From assembly GCA_052055015.1 (NCBI GenBank), contig JBQJIT010000045.1: a stretch of DNA of 43,465 nt; one strand, written 5' to 3'. The notes below the pieces were generated by a model that had not been told where the DNA came from, did no database searches, and was given only the letters and a program-made list of their open reading frames with translations. This stretch comes from Malassezia furfur. Lineage: Eukaryota. Below, in pieces: positions 11,766 to 22,675 of the stretch (positions are counted from its first letter, which is position 1; each line of letters begins with the position of its first letter). Made by a program: the position numbers and the translations under genes.

Positions 11766-13641
11766 ATGGAAGGGGAGACGCGCCGCGTGCAGCTTCCGCC
11801 GCGGTCCGAATACCGCATTGAACTTGATGCCGGCGAGGCACTCTCGGTTCGGTTCGTAGCAGATCCTTCGGGACACTATGGCGATGCAGAAGTGTTTGGC
11901 GCCCCGCTGATCGGTGGGACACAGGAGCGTTGGTACACGTTTGGCAACGAGGCCAAGTTTGCCATCTCGTCGTGGGGCGGCGCCGAGATTGAGCTGGCAG
12001 GGACTGCCTCAACCGAGTACATGGCGGACGAACCATCACCCGTGTACACGTACTATACCAATCTCCATCTCAATCTCGAACGCGCTCGTATTCGTGCGCG
12101 CGAACAACTGCGTACGGACAAGAACCTCGTCCAGTCGCTCAAGGAGCAGGACGTGTCCAAGACAGAGGCAGTGCCCTCCTATGATGACCCGAATGCTCCT
12201 CCGCAAAACGAACTGTACCATGCTGCAGGACAGGGGCCTCGGCTGATGGTGGTGGGCCCCGAGTGTGCTGGGAAAACCTCGCTGATCAAATTCCTCGCAA
12301 ACTATGCGATGCGCTCGCCTGCACTCGCGAGCATTGAGGAAGGGCTTGAGGCTGAGCGAAAGGCGCAACAGGATGAAGAAGAGGCACTGTCTGATGACGA
12401 AGACGGACCGTCCGCGCGCAAAGCGACAGACGGTGAAGAGTTTAGTGAGGTGGCGGGGTGGTGGCCCATGATCCTGGCTCTCGATCCCTCGGAGGGAGCA
12501 GTGCCCGTGCCTGGGTGTCTGAGCGCCATCCCGCTGCGCCCGACTCCGGTCAACTGCCTGCCGTCTCCGTCGCCTGCCTTGCCATATGGTGTAACGCCGC
12601 AAACAACAGGCGCTCTGCCCCCTACGGTGTCCACGGCTGAGAGCGTGATGCCCTTGGTGCACTGGCTGGGCAAGCAGAATGTACGCGAGAACGAGCAGCA
12701 CACCCGTCGTGTTGTTGACTGCCTTGCGCACCAGGTCGAGAAACGTATGATTAAAGACACTCGCGCGCGCATGTCGGGTCTACTGCTCGACATGCCTGGC
12801 GTTGTGACATCCGATTCGCGTACGCGTTACTCATACATCCAATACTGTGCGCGCGCCTTCAAGGTGGACATGATCGTGGTGCTGGGTCATGAGAAGCTCA
12901 ATTTGGAACTTTCCAAAATTTTTGCTGCGGATCCTACTGGGAGCGCCATCCAGATTGTAAAAATGCCGAAATCGGGAGGGGTGCGTTTTGCTACTAACCT
13001 AGGCCGTGGATGTCGACGAAGTGTATCGCCAAAAACTACAGGACCTCCAGATCCGCTCCTACTTTTATGGAATGCAACCTGCGATCCCCCAGGACGTTGG
13101 GTCGGCCGACGGCGAGGAAGGAACAGCGCTGTACGGCGGTCGTGCGCCTTTGCCAGGACACGCCGAGCCCCTTGGTGGTGTGCCTACGCTGAATCCCTAC
13201 TCGTCGTCCATCCCGCTCGATCTCCTGAGCCTTTTCCGCGTCGGGCAAGGTACGTCTGCCCCATTCACACAGACCGCATTGCCCCATCATCGGCACTCCC
13301 TATTGGGGCTGAGCGTGTGGTGTCGGAACTTCAGGTGGTCAAGTTGGACCCCGTTAACTCGTCGAGTGATACCTCTTCGCTCCTGCACTCGATCGTGGCT
13401 CTGGTGGATGTGCCCAGCGATGTGGAATTGAATGAAGATGGTCTGCCTTCGGAAATGTCGCTGCTACGCGCAGGCGTTCTGGGATTCATCCATGTCTCCG
13501 AAATCGACACCAACCGGAAAAAGATGACCGTCTTGTCGCCCAAGCCCGGCAAGCTCCCCACAAAGACGGCATTGATTGGCGTACGTATTATGGTGAATGA
13601 ATCTATTAACATGCCAGAACTTGCACTGGCAAGATGCATGA
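11766..13641 (+). CDS. CLP1: Clp1 polynucleotide 5'-OH kinase / cleavage-polyadenylation factor; introns 12981-13002 (22), 13250-13272 (23), 13581-13617 (37)
   Basis: EYRIEL..AEVFGAPL, P-loop GPECAGKTS and LDPSEG. Splicing restores KSGG|AVD..IRSYFYG, Q|DRIAPSSALPIG and ALIG|NLHWQDA*. Confidence 0.92.
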
Positions 13642-13655
13642 AAGGTCTTCGACGC

Positions 13656-14368
13656 TTAGAAGTCGCCGCCGCCCATGTCGCCCATGTCGCCGCCGCCCAT
13701 GTCGCCGCCGCCCATGTCGTCGTTCATCTGGCCCTGCATGTAGCCGTCCTGGTAGGCGTCCATTTGCATGTGGTCTGTGTGAGAGCGGGATACGTACTCA
13801 TGCCATTTGCGAGTGCCATACCACCGAGCAGACCAGCACCGCCACCCAACAGACCGGCGCCCATGCCGCCCATACCTCCACCCATGCGGCCGCCGCCGAG
13901 GCCGCCAAAGCGGCCACCGCTCATGTAAGGCTGCTGCTGCATCATAGGCTGCTGGTATTGCTGCTGGGGGTAATACGGTTGCTGATATTGTTGTTGCGGG
14001 TAGTATTGCTGTTGCGGGTAGTACCCTTGTTGAGGATACGGCTGCTGGCCCGGGCCACCGCCCGACCCACTGCCGAATTGCCTCTGTTCTTGGCCGGGTG
14101 GCGGTCCCGAAGGAGCTGAGTACTGGTTCTTCTCATCATCGGGGTGAATCCACGTCGACCGGGGTGGGTTTGCGCGTGTGTCCACATAAAAGTGCTGCTT
14201 GTAGCTGAGTGGGTAAGCGGGGATAACGTACTTTTGATCGAACTGCTTCACCCAGCCGTCCGGGAGTGGGCGGGAGTCTTCACCCTTGGCTCCACCAGAC
14301 GTGTTCTGGCTAGTGTTGCCGTTCTTCGTGCTGTCCTGGTATGCTGGGGGGTCTTCCGGTTTGCCCAT
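13656..14368 (-). CDS. Small WW-domain protein (Wwm1-like) with Q/P/Y-rich and G/M/D-rich low-complexity tail; introns 14205-14231 (27) and 13775-13797 (23)
   Basis: Spliced WW domain LPDGWVKQFDQNYKQHFYVDTRANPPRSTWIHP; GAGLLGG repeats; tail AYQDGY..DMGGGDMGGGDMGDMGGGDF*. Confidence 0.82.
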
Positions 14369-14430
14369 GATGGCTAGAGCGCGAAATGCTTGGCGCGTGC
14401 CTGGAAAGGTGGCGCCGGGGGCGGAGAAAC

Positions 14431-14450
14431 CCACGTGGAATGACGTCATT
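14431..14450. promoter_or_regulatory. Adjacent E-box (CCACGTGG) and CRE/ATF palindrome (AATGACGTCATT) about 65-80 bp upstream of the WW gene
   Basis: Exact motifs at 14431-14438 and 14439-14450, with further CACGTG/CACGTT copies near 14489 and 14512. Function is inferred only. Confidence 0.4.
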
Positions 14451-14702
14451 TTCCCCGCAGCGGGAGCCGCCCGTCAACCCTGCCGGGCCACGTGTTTTGG
14501 TGCTGGGGAAGCACGTTTGCCAAGGCAAGACTAAAATACGCTCTACGGCTGGCGTTCGCGGGAGCCATCCATCGCAGAGCGTGATTGGAGGCGCACACGA
14601 TTGGATTGTGCGAGGAGGATTGCAAGTGAGGTCACAGAAGCAATCCATGCGTTGCTTCCGACTCCCCTGGAGTAGATCGGTATATACATTCCTCCTGGAC
14701 AA

Positions 14703-15762
14703 TTATGCAGATCGGTCACCTTTCTTCTTCTGTTTGCGGGGCGGCGTCATGGGCCGGCCCATGTTGATGCCCCCATACGCGTATTTTTGCTTCTTTTCTG
14801 CAGGTTTCAAGATTTGAAAAGAGCAAAGGAGCGTCTCATCAACGCTCATCATCGCGCCTGCATTGTCGAACTCGCCACAGTAGTTCGGCGCAGAGAAAAG
14901 CGTAACCAGCTGCCGCTTCGCAAAGAACTCGTACCCATCTTCGACAACCTGATGAGCACGGCAAATGAGGTCCATGTCGTGCTTGGCCAGGAACCGTGAA
15001 ACGACATCCGGACCAAATGTGAAAGATACACCACGGTCGTTCTCCGACCAGCCCGAAATATCCTTATCGGGGTCCGACCACAGCAAATCGCACAACAGAC
15101 CCGTGTCAGGCACATCCGTGGGCCTCATGACACGGCGGATCTGCTCCATACTCTGGAGATCAGGCGAAAGACCACCGTGCATGGTAAAGATCTTCTCATC
15201 GATGATCGCAGCAATGGGCAAGCAGTTGAAGCAATCAGTAAACGTCTTCCACAGCTTGATGTTGTAGCGACGCTTGCATTCGTCGTAGAATCCGTAAATA
15301 CGGTTGATACTGGCACACTCGTGGTTGCCACGCAGAATGAAAAAGTTCTCGGGGTACTTGATCTTGTATGCCAGCAGAAGGCAGATCGTCTCCAAGCTCT
15401 GCTTGCCTCGGTCGACGTAGTCGCCCAGGAACAGGTAGTTGCTTTCCGGCGGGAATCCGCCGTATTCAAACAGACGCAGCAGGTCGTAATATTGCCCGTG
15501 AATATCGCCTAGGGGTAAGTGTTGAACCACGTACCGCAAATCTTGATCGGCGCCTCCAGCTCCAACAAGATGGGCTGGTTGATAAAGATGTCGCGCGCCG
15601 TCAGGCAGAGATACTTGATCTCATACTCCTCGAGATGCACAGGCTTTCCCGGCCGGGAGCCACGGACTGGTGGTAAGCATTGTGTGTGAGAGCGAACATA
15701 CCTTCGAGGAGCCGGTCGATGATATTGTCTATGTCGACCTCGGCAGGCTGGTTGTCCGCCAT
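14703..15762 (-). CDS. GLC7: Protein phosphatase 1 catalytic subunit; introns 15667-15701 (35) and 15509-15534 (26), plus a 5'-UTR intron at 15781-15896
   Basis: [45 protein letters not shown], and C-terminal TPPR phosphosite. Confidence 0.98.
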
Positions 15763-15780
15763 ATCGCTTTGTTATCAATT

Positions 15781-15896
15781 CTGTTACGTTAGCATGTGTC
15801 TTTAGTGAAGGGGAAGAAGCTAGGTACGCGCATGCCTCCGTCCCTTGTCCGGGGCGAGCGAGGGACGCGTGTACATATCTTCCCAAACACACGTAC
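15781..15896 (-). other. 116-nt structured 5'-UTR intron of PP1
   Basis: GTACGT donor at 15896 and GCTAAC-GTAACAG acceptor ending at 15781, 18 nt before the ATG; the interior forms one long hairpin. Confidence 0.7.
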
Positions 15897-16202
15897 AAGG
15901 TTGAGAAGGTTGAACACCACTGTGGTTTGTGGCAAATTGGTCGCCAACAATGGGATATACGAAGGTGAGTGGGCGACTGCAGGTATTCCTGTAACAGTCT
16001 CACGACACTCGGTGGAGACGGCAAAGGAAGACGGGTGTCACGTCTCGAGCCAAAGGTGGTACGATGGCGCAGGGTTTGTTCGCGGCTCGGGTTCTTTACA
16101 GCCCCGTTGTTTGGCTGGTACGGCCGAAAGAGTTTTGCAATTAAGATGCTAGGCCCGCGTGCCGGAGGGTTCGATCGGGCTCCCGATCGCCCCAACGTGG
16201 AT

Positions 16203-17201
16203 CTACGGAGGCAAGTTCGCCAGGCAGCTCCGCGCCGCAGCGCGCACGGCCGGCGGCGCTGGGTCGCTCGCATCGGCTGCATACACGTTATTCAGAAGTA
16301 GCTCGGTAGCCATTGCATCGATAGCGGGGATCTTTTCTGCCACCGCATCCCCGTCACTTTGCTTGTCCTTGTGTGCCAGGAGCTGCGCCGCGCACTGTGT
16401 CAGAGCGATGGTACCTACCATCTTGAGACCCCACAGGGTGCGCACCCACGGGCCAGACACACGGTCCGTGTGGCGCGAGTCTTCGCGCTTCAAGTTCCCT
16501 TGTCCCAGTTCGAGGATCCGCAAGTAGATCTTGTAGGCTTTGGCCCAGTCTCCCATCGTATAGAGAGTCTCAGCGTACATGAGCAGATAGAAACTGTTGT
16601 GCGGCGCGAGAAGCACGAGTTCTTCGAGCGCGTAGGCCGCTTGGGCATACTTATTCTGCTGCAGGTACAACGAAGCGAGCTCCTGCCACGCTTCCTGGTC
16701 AAGAGGGAAATGGTCGACAAAGTCTGCAAGCGCATCGGTGGCCTCATGCAGGCCATTGGGCTGTCCGCGCATTGCAGCAATGCGGCGTTTGACGATCAAC
16801 TGGGTCAGTCAAAACACGCACCAGGTGGGAAGGCTCCTTGCGCAGGAACTCTTCGTAGAGCAGCTGCGCCTCCTTGAGCAGTCCCTTGGACTCGAGCACG
16901 GTGCCTTGGAAGAGCACGACGCGCGAAGACTCCGGGAACCGCGTCGTTAGGCGAGATAGGCACAAGTCCGCAAGCTCGTACTTGCCCAGCTCCGCCGAAG
17001 CAAGGCCAAGCTGTTCCAGGAATGACCAAAGGTCGTCTCCGAGTGCATATAGCTCGTCATTTTCGAGGATCCACTCGCCGTAGCGCACAGTATCAAATGC
17101 ACTCCGCTCAGGCGTTCTGTGTAAGTTTCTGACACCTACACCCTGCGCTGCTTGAGCCACGCGAGCGCGCCCTCCAGCGTGATGGGCTCCGCGGCGGTCA
17201 T
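16203..17201 (-). CDS. EMC2: ER membrane complex subunit 2 (TPR); introns 17117-17139 (23), 16800-16821 (22), 16395-16418 (24)
   Basis: WSFLEQ...L..RFPESSRV...[29 protein letters not shown] and LWGLKM|C motifs. Confidence 0.9.
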
Positions 17202-17299
17202 GGCTGGAGTCTCCACTCGCGTTCCTCGGCCGAGGACCTGGGCGCCTCGGCGACGGGGGGCTCCCTTCTCGTCTCTAGATCGTATTTGCGTTTGGACAA

Positions 17300-17678
17300 A
17301 TGGTGCGTGGACGCGCGGGACGCTAATGCAGGGAGCCGGTCCTCGTTTCCCGTACCCCAAGGAGGTCTGGTCGCCTGCTGGTACGTGTGTGCACTGATAA
17401 ACAGGTGGCTGGTGGTCTCGGTACGCCGCACTTTCCCGTGCTCTTACACAGGCCGAAAAACTGGGCGAGCAACACGTTCGTCGTCGCGACCGGCATTGGC
17501 ATTGCGGCATACGGTCTCTGGAACTTGAGCAGTGAGCGCGAGGTATGTCGACGTGACTAACGTAGTTCCGTCACCAGGCGCCTCTGCACCCCATCCCCTC
17601 GCAGCTTGTGCGTGCTATCAACTAACCCAGTGGGCGCGCCAGTTCAAGGACGGCGAGCTGAAGGTGAAGCCCGAGTAG
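17300..17678 (+). CDS. 82-aa mitochondrial complex I accessory subunit, fungal NUUM-type; 6 exons, not in the ORF track
   Basis: Exons 17300-17302, 17332-17380, 17405-17420, 17452-17542, 17566-17607 and 17631-17678 give MGAGPRFPYPKEVWSPAGGWWSRPKNWASNTFVVATGIGIAAYGLWNLSSEREFRHQAPLHPIPSQLWARQFKDGELKVKPE. It has the family's YPK.VWSP.GGW..P.NW..NT motif and one TM helix. Confidence 0.88.
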
Positions 17679-17691
17679 ACAATAGAAGCAA

Positions 17692-18698
17692 CTACTTGGT
17701 CAACTTAACTGTGCGCTTCTCATACAGTTGGTCGAACACCGGCATGTTGGCGCTGCGTCAGTGCCGCGATACGTACTCAATGCAGCGCTGCACCTCTTCG
17801 GGATGCTGGACGGGCTGCACCGTCTCCTTGGCCTTCTCCTTAATGAAGCCCGAGCTCCCCTCGGCGGACTCATGGTACTTGCCCCACTTGGCCCAGATGT
17901 CCACTGCACCCGGGTTCCACGACAGCATGGTCTCGTCGAACGGCACGCCGAGAGCCTCGCAGTACTGCTGCAGCACCGCACCCGGGTTCTCCAGCAATAT
18001 GGAGGCACTCACGAGCGGCGGAGGCATCGCCTGTTTCTGCACCGGGAAGCTGGCGTAGCGCTCGTCTGCTTCGGCGGGCTGGTGGAAGGTGGACGACGGG
18101 TCGGCGATCCAGTCGTGCAGCAGCTTGAGCTCCTTGTAGCCCGCCTCGGCTGGGTCGAAGAAGTCAAAACCTGCGGCCTTCTCCTGGGTGCACTTGTAAT
18201 AGCTCGGGATGCTCTTTTCCGGGGTGCGAATCAGGAAGGTGTGCTGGAAGCGCTGTAGGAGCGCCGTTGGCAGCACCGTCGGGTTCTCGCCAGGCTTCAC
18301 GTTTGCCTTTTTCCCGTTCGAAGGAAACACGCGTGAGTCGGGGTGCAGCGCATGCAGCGTCTCCTGCGAGATGATGTACTGGGCCATGTCCTGGTGGTCA
18401 GTGCGCCACCTACCTTGATGAATACAAAGCGGCACGGTGTCTCGCGCGACTCATTCGCACTCTCGAGCAGGCTCAGGGCGACGCCTTCCAGCGTCTTGTC
18501 GTAGCCCTCGCTCTTGCGGCACTCCTCGTCCGAGTACCGATGGCACGCGCGCTCTTTGCCGAAATAGAAGGGATCCCCCAGCGGTTCGTGGAACGTCTGC
18601 GTGTCTTCGCGCTGTAGGAACGCTCGCTCGAAAGCGGTCGAGCACGAACGGGGATGGCACCACACAATGATCGGTTTAATGTCCTTCGCGGCGCTCAT
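17692..18698 (-). CDS. P-loop / sulfotransferase-like protein (HPRS.STAFER family); introns 18391-18413 (23) and 17753-17776 (24)
   Basis: IIVWCHPRSCSTAFERAF..R.D...HEP, FVFIK|DMAQY, HTFLIRTPEKSIPSYY and W.KYH.SA..SSGF motifs. Confidence 0.75.
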
Positions 18699-18822
18699 GG
18701 TGTCGGAATGCGTAGCCCCCCGGCCCGGACCCCAACCTCATCTCCCACGCATTCTTTGATTCGAACCCAGGCTGTGTACCGCTTAGATCCCAAACACGTA
18801 ACACGGGGTAGGAAGAGGCGGC

Positions 18823-20061
18823 ATGCGAACGTCGTCGGTGTCGCAGCATACGGTGCCTCCGGTGTATGCGTGCTACCTGCTGCGTTCGCAGGCTAAGCCG
18901 AATGTGACATACGTCGGCTCGACGCCTGATCCGGCGCGCCGCCTGCGCCAGCACAACGGGCAGATCGTTTCCGGTGCCTTCCACACGCGCTTCGCACGGC
19001 CCTGGCAGATGGATCTGGTGGTGTGTGGCTTCCCATCGCGCCTTGCAGCGCTCCAATTTGAGTGGTCGTGGCAGAAACCCAACGTCTCGCGGCACTTGCG
19101 CTGCGTGGATGTCGAGAGCCCGCAATCAATACATGCGGCGCGAAGCTCCGCCCCGCTATTCCCAGGCGACCGGCCGTTGGTGTCGAAGGACCGCAACGGC
19201 AAACGGCGCACCAAGCTGCGCGTGAGCGTCATCCCAGAGAACCGCATCCTTGTGATGCGTGCACTCCTTGCCTCGGAGCCGTTCTGTTTTTGGAACTTGC
19301 AGGTGATCTTTTTCAACGAATGGGCCTATGGCGTCTGGCTGCATTTGGAGCGCACTGCGCCGGCGCCGCTCTTTGCGAAGGGACGCGTCACCGGGCGCAC
19401 ACTCCCAGCAAACTATCCGCGCATCATGTGCGACTTTACTGGCGTGAGTGGCACTGCGACGCCGCTTGCGTCCGACACGCTATGGCCCGAGCTGCCCGAG
19501 GCCCTGACCGAGTCGGCGTGGCAGAAGCAGCAGCGCAACCCGCGCCGGCGCAAGAAACACGACGAGGACAACATCGCGGGATGGTCGGAGCGCATGCCGC
19601 TAGCGCGCTCGGCGCCTGCGCTTGGGCTCACGTGGGAGGATCTGCACCGCGCGCCGCAAGTGCCCCCACTGCCATCGTTGCGCTCCAAGGCGTCTAATGC
19701 GCCCCGGCATGACGACTATGCATGCATGACACTAGAGAAAACGCTCCTTGAGCGCAGCACTGATACCCTCCTGCCTGCCGCGAAACAGGCGTTTGTGCAG
19801 CAGACCCCGGCGTGTGGACTGTGCCACGAGCCGGTCGACCTGCACGACGCGACGGCCTACTCGCTATGCCCGTCGCGCACACACTCGTGCACCGACGTCT
19901 TCCACCTTGACTGCCTCGCAAAGCATAGCAAAGATGCGCACCCGACGCCGCGCACGTTTTGTCTGCCGGTCGAGAGCGCGTGTCCGTCGTGCAAGGGCGC
20001 TCCGGCGCCGTGGCCCGAGGTGGTGCGTCGCGTGTTCCGACGTGCCGAGCTACTGTCCTAA
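18823..20061 (+). CDS. SLX1: Structure-specific endonuclease subunit Slx1
   Basis: GIY-YIG domain (YACYLLRS..TYVGSTPDPARRLRQHNG..GA..T..RPW..ALQFEWSWQ) and C-terminal Cys/His Zn finger. Confidence 0.93.
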   Translation: MRTSSVSQHTVPPVYACYLLRSQAKPNVTYVGSTPDPARRLRQHNGQIVSGAFHTRFARPWQMDLVVCGFPSRLAALQFEWSWQKPNVSRHLRCVDVESPQSIHAARSSAPLFPGDRPLVSKDRNGKRRTKLRVSVIPENRILVMRALLASEPFCFWNLQVIFFNEWAYGVWLHLERTAPAPLFAKGRVTGRTLPANYPRIMCDFTGVSGTATPLASDTLWPELPEALTESAWQKQQRNPRRRKKHDEDNIAGWSERMPLARSAPALGLTWEDLHRAPQVPPLPSLRSKASNAPRHDDYACMTLEKTLLERSTDTLLPAAKQAFVQQTPACGLCHEPVDLHDATAYSLCPSRTHSCTDVFHLDCLAKHSKDAHPTPRTFCLPVESACPSCKGAPAPWPEVVRRVFRRAELLS

Positions 20062-22628
20062 TGTACACTCTCGCGGTACTCCAAAAATGCGCGTAGGTTC
20101 TCGACGCTCTCCTGCGTCGCCACGTAGAGCGGGACGTTGGCGCGGCGGTCCATCTGCTTAAGCACGCGCGTCGCGGGGCCGACCAGCGCCGTGAGCTGCG
20201 TCTGCAGGTTCAGCGTGCGGTACACTGGGTCCCACGGCGCGAGCTCGTTGGCGTACGTGTCCATTACCGCGTTGATCGACGCAACGAGCAGCTCGGCATG
20301 CTGTGAGTCTTGGCACGCAGCGCGCACCGCGTCGACAAACAGCTCGCCCAGCAGCCCATACACCTGGAGGTACGCGGCGGGCGGCTCCGGCGAATGCACG
20401 CGGTACGCCTGCGACCGCGCGAGCACCGCAAGCGTGCCGAGGCTCTTGACGCGGACGTCGGTCATGCGCGCGGATTGGTAGGCGGCCTGGAGCGCCGTGA
20501 CGTAGGGCGCAGGCGCATCGTCCAGCACGAGCGGCAGCTGCCCCTCGAAAATGCGCGCCAAGGACCACAGGCTGCCGAGGCACGTGTCGACGATCGCCAG
20601 CCCATCCTGCGCGGCGGTCGCGTGCGTCGTTGCGGACAGCGCCGAGGCACGCTCGTCGCCGACGCCCGTCTCGACCTCGACGACGCTCGGCACGGCGGCC
20701 CAGTGCGCGGCGATCGCAAACATCTGCTCCCAGATGCCCCGGAGCGTCTCGCCGGTGGGCGTCGGCGCCGCCGGTGCGTCCTCGAGGTACGCCGTACCGA
20801 CCCACGCGCGCCAGAGCGTGATGCGCTCCAGCGTCTCTTCGTCGTCCGGCCACTGCGACGGCGGCGGCGGCGCAAACAGCGCGAGGCGGAGCAAGAAGTT
20901 GTTCACGGCAGCGACCGCCCGCAGCTGCACGGCGCGACGCTGTGCACCGGCCGTGTCGGCCGCCTCGGATGCCGCCGAGGGCGCAGCGAGGCGCACGAGC
21001 ACCGGCAGCAGCGGCGTCTGCAGCAGCCGCGCAAACACGCAGTGGTCCAGTGCATGCGGCTCGGCGCGCTCGCCATGGTGCACCGGCTCGCGCTCCATCG
21101 CGTCGTCCTCGGCGTCGCTCGCATCCTCGAGCATCTCGAAATCGCTCTCGTCGCCGTCGTCGTCGAGCGGGAGCTGTGTGATGCTCAGCTGCTCGGCCTG
21201 CTCGTCGCCGCGGCCCAGCATACTCGCGAGCTCGGCGACGACCTCGAGCGCCAGCTCGCACATCTGCAGCGCGTCGGGCGTGCGCTGCGCTGTCAGCTCG
21301 TCCAGGTTCGCGTTCGCGAGCACCTGCACGAGGCGCGGGAGGATCTCGTGCACGGCGTACTCGCCGAGCGGCCCGTGCTCCGCGACAACGACGGGCGCAT
21401 CCAGCTGCTCTTCGGACTGCACACTGCGCTGGATGTTGCACAGCGCCGCGCTCGTAATCACGCCGAGCGCGGCTTGTGCGGGCGCAGGCCCCTCGCGTGG
21501 GAGCAGCGCGACGGCCTGCGACAGCAGCGCGAGGCGCTGGCTGCCCTGCGCGCGCTTGGCGTGCATCTCTCCGGGTGTCGGCAGCGCGACCGCCTCGTGC
21601 TCGCGCCGGCGCGCCTTTTTGGAGGTGGGCAGGCGGCTCGGCAGGCCGACGAGCGCCTTACCGAGGCCGTACTTGGCGTCGTCGCACAGCGCACACAGCG
21701 TGTTGGCACTTGCCATGCCGAGGCTCGTGAGCTGCGGCGCAAACGGCCCCTGCGGCGCGGTGCCCAGCGCCACGGCCTCACACAGCCAGGCCGCGAGGGT
21801 GTCGCCGGCAAAGGCCGAGCGCACGCCCTCGGCGTCGGCGGCGCCGAGTGCGCCCTTGTGCCAGTCCCACGACACGGCGCGCACCAGCAGCTTCTCGCTC
21901 GTCTCGCACACGCACCCGAGCACGGTGACCAGGCTCTCACATAGCTCCACCAAGCACACGGCGGCGGCGGCGTCCATCGACGCGAGGCGCTGCGGCGCGT
22001 CGGCCGCCCACCCCTGGACATCGACGAGCGCAAGCGCGTCGGGCGCAAACTCGGCATGCGCTTCCATGGTCTGCGGCGTGGTGCCGGCCTGCAGCTTGGC
22101 CGCCTGGCGCCGCTCCTTGCGGTTCATCTGCTCGACGGGCTTGGCGAGCAGCCGCTCGCGCGCCTCGCGCGCCGGCGCACGCGCGCGCTCCATCTGGCGC
22201 TCCTGGCTCTGGAGGCCGAGCGTGGCCCAGCGCAGGCACCCCTGCACGGCCTCGATGCCGCCCTTGTTTGCAATCTCGCCAAACAGGTCGCCGGAGCCGT
22301 CGATGCATAGGTTACGCAGCGCGCCGCTCGCCTCGCGGCGCACCTCGAGGTCCGTGTTCGACTCGAGTGCGTATAGGATGCGCCCCACAATGTTCTTCGA
22401 GAAGAGCAGGCGCCGGTTGCGCTCGGCGTGCTCGTCGTCGAGCAACGACGAAATCGACGCAAGCGCCCACACCTGCTCGCCGTTCGACACCTGCTCGCCC
22501 GGGCCCGCGGGCAACTTCGACAGCACAGGCACGACCTCTGCCTTCACTTCAGACACCACCGGCGCCGTGCGGCGCAGCGGGTCGTGCCGCGCCGGGCGCG
22601 TTCCCAGCGCACGACGGGATTTGGGCAT
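20058..22628 (-). CDS. SYO1: Symportin Syo1/HEATR3-like ARM-HEAT protein
   Basis: Basic N-terminus ending RHDPL, ARM motif ASGALRNL, acidic internal loop, helical repeats, and C-terminal NLRAFLEY. Confidence 0.65.
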   Translation of the reverse strand: MPKSRRALGTRPARHDPLRRTAPVVSEVKAEVVPVLSKLPAGPGEQVSNGEQVWALASISSLLDDEHAERNRRLLFSKNIVGRILYALESNTDLEVRREASGALRNLCIDGSGDLFGEIANKGGIEAVQGCLRWATLGLQSQERQMERARAPAREARERLLAKPVEQMNRKERRQAAKLQAGTTPQTMEAHAEFAPDALALVDVQGWAADAPQRLASMDAAAAVCLVELCESLVTVLGCVCETSEKLLVRAVSWDWHKGALGAADAEGVRSAFAGDTLAAWLCEAVALGTAPQGPFAPQLTSLGMASANTLCALCDDAKYGLGKALVGLPSRLPTSKKARRREHEAVALPTPGEMHAKRAQGSQRLALLSQAVALLPREGPAPAQAALGVITSAALCNIQRSVQSEEQLDAPVVVAEHGPLGEYAVHEILPRLVQVLANANLDELTAQRTPDALQMCELALEVVAELASMLGRGDEQAEQLSITQLPLDDDGDESDFEMLEDASDAEDDAMEREPVHHGERAEPHALDHCVFARLLQTPLLPVLVRLAAPSAASEAADTAGAQRRAVQLRAVAAVNNFLLRLALFAPPPPSQWPDDEETLERITLWRAWVGTAYLEDAPAAPTPTGETLRGIWEQMFAIAAHWAAVPSVVEVETGVGDERASALSATTHATAAQDGLAIVDTCLGSLWSLARIFEGQLPLVLDDAPAPYVTALQAAYQSARMTDVRVKSLGTLAVLARSQAYRVHSPEPPAAYLQVYGLLGELFVDAVRAACQDSQHAELLVASINAVMDTYANELAPWDPVYRTLNLQTQLTALVGPATRVLKQMDRRANVPLYVATQESVENLRAFLEYRESVH

Positions 22629-22675
22629 GCCGACAAAAAAGTGGAAGGAGTGCTGACTCAGCTTGGACACGGACC

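Noticed and set aside
15781..15896. PP1 5'-UTR intron as a snoRNA host
   Set aside because: No C/D boxes, and the single hairpin lacks a two-sided pocket at the correct distance from an ACA box.
16172..16189. Perfect 8-bp inverted repeat CGATCGGG-CT-CCCGATCG just past the EMC2 stop
   Set aside because: Short, 2-nt loop, single occurrence; no support for a function.
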